Shown piece by piece: positions 41,839-51,644 of a stretch of DNA of 64,000 bases; position 1 is the first letter of the stretch; each line of letters begins with the position of its first letter. The notes under the pieces are model-generated. The model was not told the DNA's origin, did no database searches, and was given only the letters and a program-made list of their open reading frames with translations. The stretch comes from an uncultured Methanoregulaceae archaeon (GTDB lineage Archaea; Halobacteriota; Methanomicrobia; Methanomicrobiales; Methanospirillaceae), in contig OY970343.1 in the NCBI GenBank assembly GCA_963717525.1, positions 1,568,001-1,632,000 of the forward strand, read 5' to 3'. Position numbers and translations under genes: made by a program.

Positions 41839-42870
41839 TTAGGGAATGAATGCTTCCCCACCTATGCGCACGCGCCATTCGCTGATGAGATCGGAGACCT
41901 CCTTCTTGTTGTCCTTGTTAAAAATATCCAGCGCGGCTACCGGGTGGGCATCCCGGGGAATCACCTGATCCAGGTGCCGGAGATCTCCCTGGTAAACTTC
42001 GATCATCTGCCGTCCCGAGGTCTCGGCAATTTTCACCGGGTCACGGACCACCGGCTGACGGGCCATATCCTCAAGAGTCCTGAGGATGTGCACCTCACCG
42101 GTATCCATGTATACATGGTTGACGTTGAGGTTGAACGCCGACCAGAATGCCGAAGCGTACCATGCATCGTTTAATATCACGTGGGGGACGCCGAGGCAGG
42201 CTGCCGCGAGGCCCAGCGTTCCCGGCCCCGAACAGGCATCCACAAAAAAAGGGACCGGAGGTGTTCCCACGTGGGCGGCTACTGACCGTAGCTTGGGATA
42301 TCCTGCGCGCGGGAACTCTACGTGAATCAGGGACTGCTGCTTGTATACGACAAGGGGACCGGTGGCAAGCGGGTAGATGTCGGCCCTGACATCGCAGCCG
42401 GCAAGGAGCGTGTAGACCCTCGGAGACTCATCAGGATCAAGTGAGACAAGCCCCGGGATATAGTCTGCGCTTTTGACAACGCCCCGGACTTCGGGGACCT
42501 CGATAATGATCCTCCGGGCCGCTTTCTCCCGAACCCTTCCTGACAACAGCAGCAGGGATTTGGCCGGGAGAAACGGTGGGCGGTCCATCGCCATACCGGG
42601 ATGGATGAGTGGTGATCCGACCGCAATGAGAGGATCCCGGGGGGCGAGATCACCTTCTTCCTGCATGATCACGTACATGTGTGCAAAAACTTCGTCGATA
42701 AATCGTTTGCCGCAGGAACAGGGTTTGCCATACTCCAGGGAAGGGAGCGGGGAGCGTTTGTCAAGGACCCGCATGCTGCACTTTTCGCACGGAAGAAACC
42801 GTGTGGGAAGATCCCTGAGGATATCCGGCGCCGATTGTACGCAATCACTGCCGCATGCAGGACATTCCAT
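41839..42870 (-). CDS. Conserved hypothetical protein with Cys-rich N-terminus and a SAM-binding-like motif
   Basis: CPACG, CEKC, CSCG; FVDACSGPGTLG...ILND resembles class I methyltransferase motif I. Confidence 0.75.
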   Translation of the reverse strand: MECPACGSDCVQSAPDILRDLPTRFLPCEKCSMRVLDKRSPLPSLEYGKPCSCGKRFIDEVFAHMYVIMQEEGDLAPRDPLIAVGSPLIHPGMAMDRPPFLPAKSLLLLSGRVREKAARRIIIEVPEVRGVVKSADYIPGLVSLDPDESPRVYTLLAGCDVRADIYPLATGPLVVYKQQSLIHVEFPRAGYPKLRSVAAHVGTPPVPFFVDACSGPGTLGLAAACLGVPHVILNDAWYASAFWSAFNLNVNHVYMDTGEVHILRTLEDMARQPVVRDPVKIAETSGRQMIEVYQGDLRHLDQVIPRDAHPVAALDIFNKDNKKEVSDLISEWRVRIGGEAFIP

Positions 42871-42997
42871 AGAGGTTGCTGGTCTCTCCAGCCATAGATA
42901 CTTTATTAATTATCTAGGGAACTGCGAATTTATTGGAGTAAACAGACGCAACTGACCAAGAGAAGCTGTGTAAAAGAGAGTCAGAGCGAGGGTTCAA

Positions 42998-43072
42998 TGG
43001 GCCTGATGCGATTCGAACGCATGACCGCCCGGTTATGAGCCGGGCGCTCTGACCGGACTGAGCTACAGGCCC
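42998..43072 (-). tRNA. tRNA with CAT anticodon, most likely tRNA-Ile2
   Basis: Anticodon arm CCCGG-CTCATAA-CCGGG; anticodon and T arms nearly identical to the tRNA-Ile(GAT) at 31912. Confidence 0.88.
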
Positions 43073-43077
43073 AAAAG

Positions 43078-43150
43078 CGCCGCCAACAGGACTCGAACCT
43101 GTGACATGCTGGTTAACAGCCAGCCACTCTACCAACTGAGTTATGGCGGC
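43078..43150 (-). tRNA. tRNA-Asn(GTT)
   Basis: Acceptor GCCGCCA/TGGCGGC; anticodon arm GCTGG-CTGTTAA-CCAGC. Confidence 0.94.
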
Positions 43151-43285
43151 AACAGTTTCCTGCGCCTTATTAGATTCTTTGTAAGGCTTTTTAAAGGTAA
43201 CGAAGGGAAGAACATGGACGACAGGCAGGCGGGTACCGCAGGACAGTGGTATACAAAACACGCTATCCGCGAAGGGAATTGCCGG

Positions 43286-43570
43286 TCAGGGTTTTTTCAT
43301 CGCGTTCACGAGGTGGATGATATCGTCCAGGTCCTCGTTTAAGTGCGCGAAGAGCTCATGGGTTTGCCCGGTTGCAACCGCCCCTTCCGGGGATGCGCGG
43401 ATGTACCCCAGCTGCTCGAGTATGTGGAGGGAATACCGTATCCGGTGAGACGGGAGGTCGAGAATCTCGGAAAGCTTCATAATACCGATCGGCTGGTGCT
43501 CTTCCACGGTCCGGGCCACTTCAATGTGCCGGCTGAGGAGCTCGATCTCATCCTTCATCCTCTTGAGCAT
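43286..43570 (-). CDS. Small winged-helix protein
   Basis: HQPIGIMKLS...HRIRYSLHILEQLGYIRASPEGA. Confidence 0.8.
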   Translation of the reverse strand: MLKRMKDEIELLSRHIEVARTVEEHQPIGIMKLSEILDLPSHRIRYSLHILEQLGYIRASPEGAVATGQTHELFAHLNEDLDDIIHLVNAMKKP

Positions 43571-43616
43571 GCCATCGCCGCGGAACTATCCCGCTCCCCC
43601 TGTACTTACCTTTACC

Positions 43617-43841
43617 TCAATGCTCATCAAGCCATGCCTTGGTCAAACGGTAACTGATGACAAAGTACCAGGAGAGCAGGAGGGCGAGGGCGAGCAGGAT
43701 AATCACGGCAGGAATGCGGTACGGGCCCGGGACCAGGAAAAGGGAAAGTACAGCAAGCGCCGCGAGCAGGATAATCACATTGAGCTGGACCGCCAGCCGG
43801 TAGAATTTCCACTTGTACTGTTCTTTTGAGGTTTCGTCCAT
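43617..43841 (-). CDS. Small two-TM membrane protein
   Basis: MDETSKEQYKWKFYRL followed by two hydrophobic segments, ending YRLTKAWLDEH. Confidence 0.65.
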   Translation of the reverse strand: MDETSKEQYKWKFYRLAVQLNVIILLAALAVLSLFLVPGPYRIPAVIILLALALLLSWYFVISYRLTKAWLDEH

Positions 43842-43903
43842 CACTCGTACGTTAGAATCCGGGAATAAAAGTACTTGACGTTTCAGCGCGTAGATGTACG
43901 GCA

Positions 43904-45031
43904 ATGGATCCACTGGATGCGGCCATGAAGAAGTGCGGGGCGGATGCCTTCGTGCACTATGCCACAGGGGAGGATGCCGATATGCGCTACCTTACCCGGT
44001 TCGTGATGCATGACTCCTTTGTCTTTTTCAAGAGGCGCAGGCAGCCCGGCACCATCATCGTTCCCCAGATGGAAGCCGAAAGGGCTTCACGGGAATCGAC
44101 AGCTGCCGTGATGACACGAACACAGGCAGGGCTTCCCGACATCACAAAAAAAGAGAAGGACCCCTGGAAGGCGACCGCGCAGATGATCGCAGGGCAGGCA
44201 GGAAAGACCCTGCTTGTTTCACCGGAACTTCCCGCAGCACTTCTGCGGGCACTCGAGGAGCATGGCCGGGTTATCGTTGATGCGGGAACCGTCGGGCAGG
44301 TGCGGGCGAAAAAGAGTCCCGAAGAGATCCGGCTCATGCAGGAGGTGCAGAAGAAGACCGAACACGCGATGGCCCTTGGGATCTCGCTTATCAGCCACGC
44401 GACGGTCAGGAAGGGCATCCTGTACCATAACGGTGCGCCACTCACCTCGGAACTTGTGCGGGTCGCGATGCACAAGCAGCTCATGGACGAGGGTTGTCGT
44501 GCGGTGGAGACCATCATCTCGTGCGCCGGGGATACCGCGTTTCCCCACATCATCGGGAGCGGTCCGTTAAAGCCCCATGCACCCATCGTGATCGACATGT
44601 TCCCCCGGGACGAGGCCACAGGATATTACGCCGACATGACCCGGACGGTTTCGAAGGGAAAGCCGGGTTCGCAGATTTCCGAGATGTATGAGGCGGTGCG
44701 TGAAGCCCAAAAGATCGGGATCTCGCATATCAAAGCCGGGGTGACGGGAGCGGAGGCCCATAACGCTGTCGTAGATTATTTCAAAAGCAGGGGATACGAG
44801 AGCGATACCCGGGGGTTCATCCATAACCTCGGCCATGGGGTCGGGCTCCAGGTCCATGAGATCCCCACAGTAGGACCGGCGGGAGCGGTGCTCGAAGCAG
44901 GTCATGTCGTCACGGTCGAGCCCGGGCTTTATTATTCCGGGGTCGGCGGTGTACGGCTCGAAGATATGGGCGCGGTGCGTGCAGGAAAATTTGCGGATTT
45001 CACACAATATGAGGAGACGCTGATCGTATGA
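43904..45031 (+). CDS. pepQ: Xaa-Pro peptidase (M24B family)
   Basis: IDMFP...GYYADMTRT, HNLGHGVGL.VHE, TVEPGLY...GGVRLED. Confidence 0.9.
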   Translation: MDPLDAAMKKCGADAFVHYATGEDADMRYLTRFVMHDSFVFFKRRRQPGTIIVPQMEAERASRESTAAVMTRTQAGLPDITKKEKDPWKATAQMIAGQAGKTLLVSPELPAALLRALEEHGRVIVDAGTVGQVRAKKSPEEIRLMQEVQKKTEHAMALGISLISHATVRKGILYHNGAPLTSELVRVAMHKQLMDEGCRAVETIISCAGDTAFPHIIGSGPLKPHAPIVIDMFPRDEATGYYADMTRTVSKGKPGSQISEMYEAVREAQKIGISHIKAGVTGAEAHNAVVDYFKSRGYESDTRGFIHNLGHGVGLQVHEIPTVGPAGAVLEAGHVVTVEPGLYYSGVGGVRLEDMGAVRAGKFADFTQYEETLIV

Positions 45032-45903
45032 AGGACGAAATTCTCGAAAAATACTTTGCAGCAGGGAAACTCGCCGCCACCATTCTCAGGGAGAGCGCGC
45101 AGGAGATCCGGGTGGGCCGGTCCTACCTTGAGCTGGTCGAATCCGTGGAGGGTCGGGTGAAAAACGAGGGCGCTGACCTTGCCTTCCCGCTCAACGTCTC
45201 CTTAAACGAGGATGCGGCGCATGATACGGCATCGGCCGGCGACGAACGGGTCTTTGGCAAAGGGGATGTGGTCAAGCTCGATCTCGGGGTGCAGATTGAC
45301 GGATATATCGCAGACACTGCGACCACGGTCGATCTCGGGAACAACGGGCTCCTCCTTGAAGCATCCCGCGAGGCCCTCGAAGCGGCAATCCGTGCAGTCA
45401 GGCCCGGGGTGACCGCAGGAAAGATCGGGGCGGTCGTGGAAAACGAGATCGCGCGCCGGGGATACCGGCCCATTGCAAACCTCACCGGCCACGGTCTCGA
45501 CCAGTATGTGCTCCACCAGGACCCGACCATCCCCAATATCGCGATCAACGGCGGGACGGTACTCGAAGAGGGCATGGCATTTGCCATCGAGCCGTTCGCC
45601 ACGACCGGGAGCGGACGTGTCGGCGAGAAGGCCCGGGTCGAGATCTACTCCCAGATCGCGGAAAAACCGGTCCGGATCCCGTCTGCCAGGTCGGTCATGG
45701 AGCGGGTCAGGGACCGCCGGGGGCTCCCGTTCTCCCGCCGCTGGCTTAACGATAAAAAGATGGAGTTCGCGGTTCCCGGCCTTGTGCGGTCCCAGATCCT
45801 CCACGGGTATCCCGTTCTTGCCGATATCCCGGGCTCGCTCGTCTCCCAGCACGAGCACACCCTGATCGTGACTGCCGACGGGTGCATCGTGACAACCCGG
45901 TGA
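45028..45903 (+). CDS. map: Methionine aminopeptidase type II
   Basis: AFPLNVS, AAHDT, KLDLGVQIDGYIAD, NLTGHG, AIEPFAT, SQHEHT. Confidence 0.95.
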   Translation: MKDEILEKYFAAGKLAATILRESAQEIRVGRSYLELVESVEGRVKNEGADLAFPLNVSLNEDAAHDTASAGDERVFGKGDVVKLDLGVQIDGYIADTATTVDLGNNGLLLEASREALEAAIRAVRPGVTAGKIGAVVENEIARRGYRPIANLTGHGLDQYVLHQDPTIPNIAINGGTVLEEGMAFAIEPFATTGSGRVGEKARVEIYSQIAEKPVRIPSARSVMERVRDRRGLPFSRRWLNDKKMEFAVPGLVRSQILHGYPVLADIPGSLVSQHEHTLIVTADGCIVTTR

Positions 45904-45950
45904 TGGGATAGGTATAAGGATTCAGGCGTTAAATAATAAAGGTTACAGCC

Positions 45951-47225
45951 ATGTCCGGTGATTTGGAAAGCCAGCGCATCATGGAAATCCTGCTGACTGC
46001 AGAAATTTTCAACCAGAGCCCGACGCTCGATCTCAATGACCTGACACCAGTGTGCCGGGAGATCTTCTGCTCGGGGGACACAAAATGCATCAAAAGGCCG
46101 GTCTACGTCAGCGACGGGCTGATCCGGCGCACGCTCAATATCGCGGATGCGCATGAGAAGATCGCTAAGAACCCGTTCGTATCGTACGAGGACTTCGGGC
46201 AACGTATGAAGATCACGACGCTGCGGCCGGCGGCGGAATGGTTCCTTGCACAAGGGGGTAAAGAGCTTATCAGGCAGAACCCGGCGCTCGCCTTTTTCTT
46301 TGAGTCATTCGATGGCACAGGGATCTCTTACCAGGACGTGCGCAAAGCAAACCCGCCCTATGAGGATACCCGGGCCAGTCTCGAAACCAGGATTTCCAAA
46401 CTGATCGGCGAGGACGAGAAATTCCGGGGGGCCCTCGACCTTGTGATCGTGAGCGCACCTGAAGAGGTCGAACAGAGTATGGAGGATCTTGTCTGTTCAC
46501 CGGAACAAACCGCACTCATCAACAAGATCCACCATGCCCTGCATCACCGGGATTTCCTGAACCGGCACCGTATTTACGAAGTAGGAAAACTCCTTTTCGT
46601 CGGCCCGCCCGGTACCGGGAAGACATCCTTAGCGCTTGCGATGTCCCATTCCATGCACATGCCGGTTCTCGAAGTCAGGCTCTCGATGATCACTTCCCAG
46701 TATCTCGGAGAGACTTCCAAAAACATTGACAAGATCTTCGAGCTCGCAAAGAAACTCTCCCCCTCAATCCTCTTTATCGACGAGTTCGATTTTGTCGCAA
46801 AAAGCAGGGTCACTGATGATCACGGCGCGATGAAGAGGGCGGTCAACGCACTCTTAAAAAATATCGACCGTATCAGCCTCGTCAAAAACGGCGTCCTCCT
46901 GATCGGCGCGACGAACCATCCGCAGCTGCTGGATGAAGCGGCGTGGCGGCGGTTCGATGAGGTCGTGGAATTTTCCATGCCAAGTGAAGAGATGCGCAGG
47001 GAGATCATAAGAAGCGTCACCTCATCCATGGCCTGCACCTGCGACTACCAGGAGATGGCGGCCCTTACCGAGGGATTCTCGGGAGCGGATATCCGCATGA
47101 TGGTAAAAGAGGCCCTGCTCTCGGCGCTCATGGACAAGCGCGAAGCCATCAATAGTAAAGACCTCGAGACAGGGATACGCATGGTCAGGAACCGTGACGC
47201 GATCCGGAACCTGAACTGGATATAG
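45951..47225 (+). CDS. AAA+ ATPase with an N-terminal extension
   Basis: Walker A GPPGTGKT, Walker B LFIDEFD, SRH ATNHPQLLDEAAWRRFD. Confidence 0.92.
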   Translation: MSGDLESQRIMEILLTAEIFNQSPTLDLNDLTPVCREIFCSGDTKCIKRPVYVSDGLIRRTLNIADAHEKIAKNPFVSYEDFGQRMKITTLRPAAEWFLAQGGKELIRQNPALAFFFESFDGTGISYQDVRKANPPYEDTRASLETRISKLIGEDEKFRGALDLVIVSAPEEVEQSMEDLVCSPEQTALINKIHHALHHRDFLNRHRIYEVGKLLFVGPPGTGKTSLALAMSHSMHMPVLEVRLSMITSQYLGETSKNIDKIFELAKKLSPSILFIDEFDFVAKSRVTDDHGAMKRAVNALLKNIDRISLVKNGVLLIGATNHPQLLDEAAWRRFDEVVEFSMPSEEMRREIIRSVTSSMACTCDYQEMAALTEGFSGADIRMMVKEALLSALMDKREAINSKDLETGIRMVRNRDAIRNLNWI

Positions 47226-47226
47226 G

Positions 47227-47949
47227 ATGAAGTTTTCACTGCTCGGTACCGGAGATGCCATCGGAACCCCGAAGATCGGGTGCGACTGCCCCCAGTGCGT
47301 GCGTGCGCGGGAGACCGGCACCGGCCGGTTGCGGACATCTATCCTCATCGAACATGAAGGATGTCACATCCTTGTCGACTCCTCCCCCGACCTCCGGCAG
47401 CAGCTGCTCAGGAGCGGTTCCCCGCATATCGATGCAGTACTCTGGACCCACGGGCATTACGATCATTTCATGGGTTTCGGCGAGTTCTACCGGGTCCAGA
47501 AGTGCCCACCGGTTTTTGCCACGGATCCCGTGCTCCGGTATTGTGGCGAAACATTCCGGTTCCTTGACTTTAAACGAAACACGGTGGAGCCGTATGTACC
47601 GTTCGATCTCTTCGGGATCACGGTCACGCCGTTTCTGGTGAAACACCCCCCGGCGTACACCTGCGGGTTTGTCTTTGAGGCGTGCGGGGCGAGGGTAGGA
47701 TACACCTCAGACACCAACCGGGACATCCCGCAGAAAAGCCTCGGACTGCTTGAAAACCTTGACCTCCTTCTCCTTGACGCCCTCGTTCCCTCGCATATGA
47801 AGATTACCAAGCACATGAACTATCTCGATGCCTGCACGCTGGCCGAAAGCCTGCACCCGAACGTGTTCCGGTGCGTCCATATCAGCCACGTGATGCCATG
47901 GGAGTACCCGCACCTTGGATTTGACGGCGAAGTCTTCGATTTTCCATAA
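47227..47949 (+). CDS. Metallo-beta-lactamase fold hydrolase (PhnP/YycJ-like)
   Basis: LGTG..GTP..GCDCPQC, THGHYDH, YTSDT, HMN, HISH. Confidence 0.9.
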   Translation: MKFSLLGTGDAIGTPKIGCDCPQCVRARETGTGRLRTSILIEHEGCHILVDSSPDLRQQLLRSGSPHIDAVLWTHGHYDHFMGFGEFYRVQKCPPVFATDPVLRYCGETFRFLDFKRNTVEPYVPFDLFGITVTPFLVKHPPAYTCGFVFEACGARVGYTSDTNRDIPQKSLGLLENLDLLLLDALVPSHMKITKHMNYLDACTLAESLHPNVFRCVHISHVMPWEYPHLGFDGEVFDFP

Positions 47950-48284
47950 ATTACAGGAATAATCCGACGTGGTTTTCGCCGGAATTATAAAAAATTGTTT
48001 GAATAAATGTGAGGGTTCCCCGTCCCAGTGCCTCTCCGAGGCACGGCTGGGCAGGAAATTTTTTGTTATTTTAAAATCGTTGATCCGCCGCGGGGGCGCC
48101 CCGTCGGGGGCGGCGGCGTCCATCGTTCATTGGAATGAAGGCAAGAATCTTCTCATTACTTTAGAATGATTCCAATTTCTACAAAACAATCCTTTGTTCC
48201 GGCCTCCCTGATACAGGATTTATTCCCGGCGCCGGCCGCCCTCACCCATACTTTAATAGTTCACCCCTCCCCAAACATAGGTGC

Positions 48285-48560
48285 ATGATTGTAAAAGTAC
48301 TCGAACTCGAAAAAGACAAGGCACGACTCGTCATCCTGGGGGAGGGTCATACGTTCATGAACGCCCTTGTCGAGGAAATCCTGACCGACCCTGACGTTGA
48401 TGTCGCAAAATACACCATCGAGTTCCAGTTCTCAGACCCCGAACTGCTGGTCACCACGAAGAGCGCAAAGAAAAACCCCCTGACGATCATAAAGAAAGCC
48501 TGCAAGAGACTCTCCGGCAACTGCGACGAGCTCCTCAAAGGCCTTGCAAAACAGAAGTAA
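48285..48560 (+). CDS. rpoL: RNA polymerase subunit L (Rpo11)
   Basis: GEGHTFMNAL...DPDVDVAKY...SDPEL. Confidence 0.9.
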   Translation: MIVKVLELEKDKARLVILGEGHTFMNALVEEILTDPDVDVAKYTIEFQFSDPELLVTTKSAKKNPLTIIKKACKRLSGNCDELLKGLAKQK

Positions 48561-49252
48561 GTCCCTTCTCAATAATTTTTAAAATTCTTTTTACGGCTCT
48601 GGAGATCCGCGCATTCTTCGCTGTCACAAACCTGCAAGCCTGAAAAACAAAGAGGTTTTTTAGGAAGTTTGTGACGAGAAGTGATTGGAAAAAGATTTTT
48701 TGGATCTGAACCGGCATGGGCGGTACCAGCGCCAGCATTCACTTGGGATTTTGACCCATCCCTGATCTTTGGGAGGGGACGTTTCCACGCCCAATCCCGG
48801 GATCTCCTCCCCGTCGCAAGCGAACCCTGTTCAAATCCCTGTTCAATGGCAAATTCAAGCCCGTAAAACCGCCCGTTTTGATGGTGCTGAAAAATACGCC
48901 ATTTATTAACCCCGTTTTCAAAAATAAGCCAAAATTGAGCCCCATATAATGCCCTTTGTGGCCCGATAGTGGCCCTGCAAAGGCCACTTTTTTCTTTATC
49001 AACAGAAAACCCAAGCGGGCCTTGAAATGGTCCTCAAAACGCTTCTATGAGAACGTTTTAATTTGTCCGATTGCCAAAATAAGGCCGATTTAGGGTTATT
49101 TTGAAACGGAGCCTGATACGGGCTTCTTTTAGGATTGCCAGACACCAATCGGAGCCCGGATTGAGCCTGGATTGGATGAGGTCATGGGCAGGGATGTGAA
49201 AGGACTATCCCCGGGCCTCCCCGCGCAACCTGTATTCCCTGTTGGTCCGGCC

Positions 49253-49870
49253 TTACTCGGTGGCCCGTTCGGTAAAGACGATGGAGCCGGATATACGGGA
49301 GATCTTGATCTTCACGCTCTGGCCGGGTTTTGCGTTTGCAACGTACATGATGTAGCGGCCCATCTTCACTACGCCGTCGCCACGTTTTGAGAGCGACTGG
49401 ATCTCGACATCCATGACCTGACCCTCTTCAAGGTTTTCCGAGACCGGTTCGGTCCTTACCTTGCGCTTCCGGACCGGGCGGTGACCACCGCACGCATCAC
49501 AGCGGAGGAGAAGGACCCGGTCATCCTTGACCAGCCGGGTATCGGGCTTCCCGCACTCGGAACAGATCACGTAATCGTCCACGTAGCTCTTGATAATGTT
49601 CCGTAAAAGGCTGGTCTCGAACTTCCCGTTGAAGATCGCCCGGGTCCCATCAATCTTTCCTGACGTCCCCAGCTCGCCGAGAAGGTATTTCATCAGGTGA
49701 TCCTTGTCGCGACGGACTTTGTCAGCGATCTCGGCAAAATTTTCAAGGATAGTGGTCTTACCCTCGACGTATACCTTTGCCTCGGGCACTACAAAACGTT
49801 CCGAGGATATGCTTTTTTCAGATATATGAGAATAAGCCTTTTTTAAGAGATCATCGTAAGAGTCCGTCAT
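49253..49870 (-). CDS. eif2b: Translation initiation factor 2 beta subunit with C-terminal TRAM domain
   Basis: [39 protein letters not shown]. Confidence 0.93.
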   Translation of the reverse strand: MTDSYDDLLKKAYSHISEKSISSERFVVPEAKVYVEGKTTILENFAEIADKVRRDKDHLMKYLLGELGTSGKIDGTRAIFNGKFETSLLRNIIKSYVDDYVICSECGKPDTRLVKDDRVLLLRCDACGGHRPVRKRKVRTEPVSENLEEGQVMDVEIQSLSKRGDGVVKMGRYIMYVANAKPGQSVKIKISRISGSIVFTERATE

Positions 49871-49943
49871 ACCAGTATAATACAAGGGAGGCGCGGGGGC
49901 AAAAGTCTTTCCCAGCACCGGACATGAATCCCTCTTTTCAGCC

Positions 49944-50435
49944 TTACGTCAGTTTTGGCCCGGCCGCCATCACAAAGGCGACAAGTTCGGCATTGGCTGC
50001 ATCATTCTCGATATCCTTCTGGTTTACGGACTTAAATCCCGCAAATACCATGCCCCGTCCCTCGATCCACTTCCTGAATACATCCTCGCTCCCTCCGGGC
50101 CGCCCGCCGCAGGTGACAAACGCAACCGCCCGCTTCTTCTCGCAGTTGGCAAGCGCATCGATGATCGTGTGGATGGCCGGCGTCGGCTTGAAGGCCCATA
50201 CCGGGGATCCGAACACGAGAAGATCGTAATCCTTCGCATCCAGGTGGGATGGCTCGATCTCCGTCTTGTCTTCACTCCGTGCAGCCTTGCACTGCATAAG
50301 AAAACGTGTCAGGGCAGAGTGCCGGGCACGGTCGGTCACTTCGACAAGGCGGCTGTCTACTGTAACAGACGCGATATGCTGGGCAACGTGCCGGGTGTTC
50401 CCTGTCTCAGAATGGTAAATGATGCAGATCCTCAT
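49944..50435 (-). CDS. Flavodoxin-like protein
   Basis: [26 protein letters not shown]. Confidence 0.85.
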   Translation of the reverse strand: MRICIIYHSETGNTRHVAQHIASVTVDSRLVEVTDRARHSALTRFLMQCKAARSEDKTEIEPSHLDAKDYDLLVFGSPVWAFKPTPAIHTIIDALANCEKKRAVAFVTCGGRPGGSEDVFRKWIEGRGMVFAGFKSVNQKDIENDAANAELVAFVMAAGPKLT

Positions 50436-50542
50436 ACAGAATAGAACGTACCCCTTCCCCAAAAAGTTTTCATCTGTTTCGGGAAGCACAAATAACGAGC
50501 CGCACGCTGGAATAAAATAGCGTATAGGAAAAAAGGGGAGGA

Positions 50543-51533
50543 TTATTTTCTGAATTGGGGCATCATGGCTCGAACTTCCTTACCGGTCTCTTCAAGGAGA
50601 TGCTCCTCGTCTGCCTTCGTGAGCGCGTTAAAGACCGGGCGGTTGACCATATTCTCAAGCATCCATTCCTTGGCGAACTCGCCGCTCTGGATTTCGGCGA
50701 GGATCTCCTCCATCGCCTCATAGGCTTCCGGCCCGATGACGCGGGGGCCCCGTGTCATATCCCCGTACTGCGCCGTGTTGCTCACGTACTGGCGCATGTT
50801 CGTGAGCCCGCCTTCGTAGATCAGGTCCACGATCAGCTTGAGCTCGTGGCAGACCTCGAGGTATGCCATCTCGGGGGCATAGCCGGCATCGACGAGCGTC
50901 TCGAACCCCGCCTTGATAAGCGAGGCAGTCCCGCCGCAGAGCACTGCCTGCTCCCCGAACAGATCGGTCTCGGTCTCCTCGCGGAAGGTGGTCTCAAGGA
51001 CAACGGCACGCGTCGCTCCGATCCCCTTCGCGTACGCAAGTGCAGTCTTGTGGGCATTTCCCGTGTGGTCCTGCTGGATGGCAATGAGTGCAGGAACGCC
51101 CTTGCCTTCCTCGGTACTGCCGCCGGACCATGAAGCCGGGACCCTTGGGTGCCACCATGATCACGTCGATGTTTACCGGTGGCTGGATCTGGCCGAAATG
51201 GATATTGAACCCGTGGGAGAACATCAGGACCTTGTTCTCGGTGAGGTGGGGCATGATCTCGCTTTTGTAGACGCCCGACTGAAGCTCGTCCGGCAGGAGA
51301 ATCTGGATGATATCGGCCTTCTTTGCCGCCTCGGGAACGGACATGACACTCATGCCGTCCTTTACCGCTGCATCCCAGCTCTTTCCTTTGCGCAGGCCGA
51401 TGATCACATCGAGTCCGCTGTCCCGTAAGTTCAGCGACTGCCCGCGTCCCTGCGAACCGTACCCGATGACCGCGATCTTTTTGCCCTTCAGCACCGAAAG
51501 GTCGGCATCGGATTCATAGTATTTTTTCATCAT
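50543..51533 (-). CDS. ilvC: Ketol-acid reductoisomerase (apparent frameshift near 51113)
   Basis: [22 protein letters not shown]. Removing one base at CGGTAC gives [15 protein letters not shown]...[14 protein letters not shown]. Confidence 0.95.
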
Positions 51534-51644
51534 AGGGTAATCCCTTTGATATCAGCAACAAAGCACATAAATATTATATAAAAAAACTAAAGAAGCACAC
51601 TTGCACAACCAGCAGGGATGCGATGACTTATTAAACACGCAGCA

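Noticed and set aside
42998..43072. tRNA-Met
   Set aside because: It lacks initiator features (A1-U72, three G-C pairs in the anticodon stem), and its body matches the local tRNA-Ile, so Ile2 is preferred.
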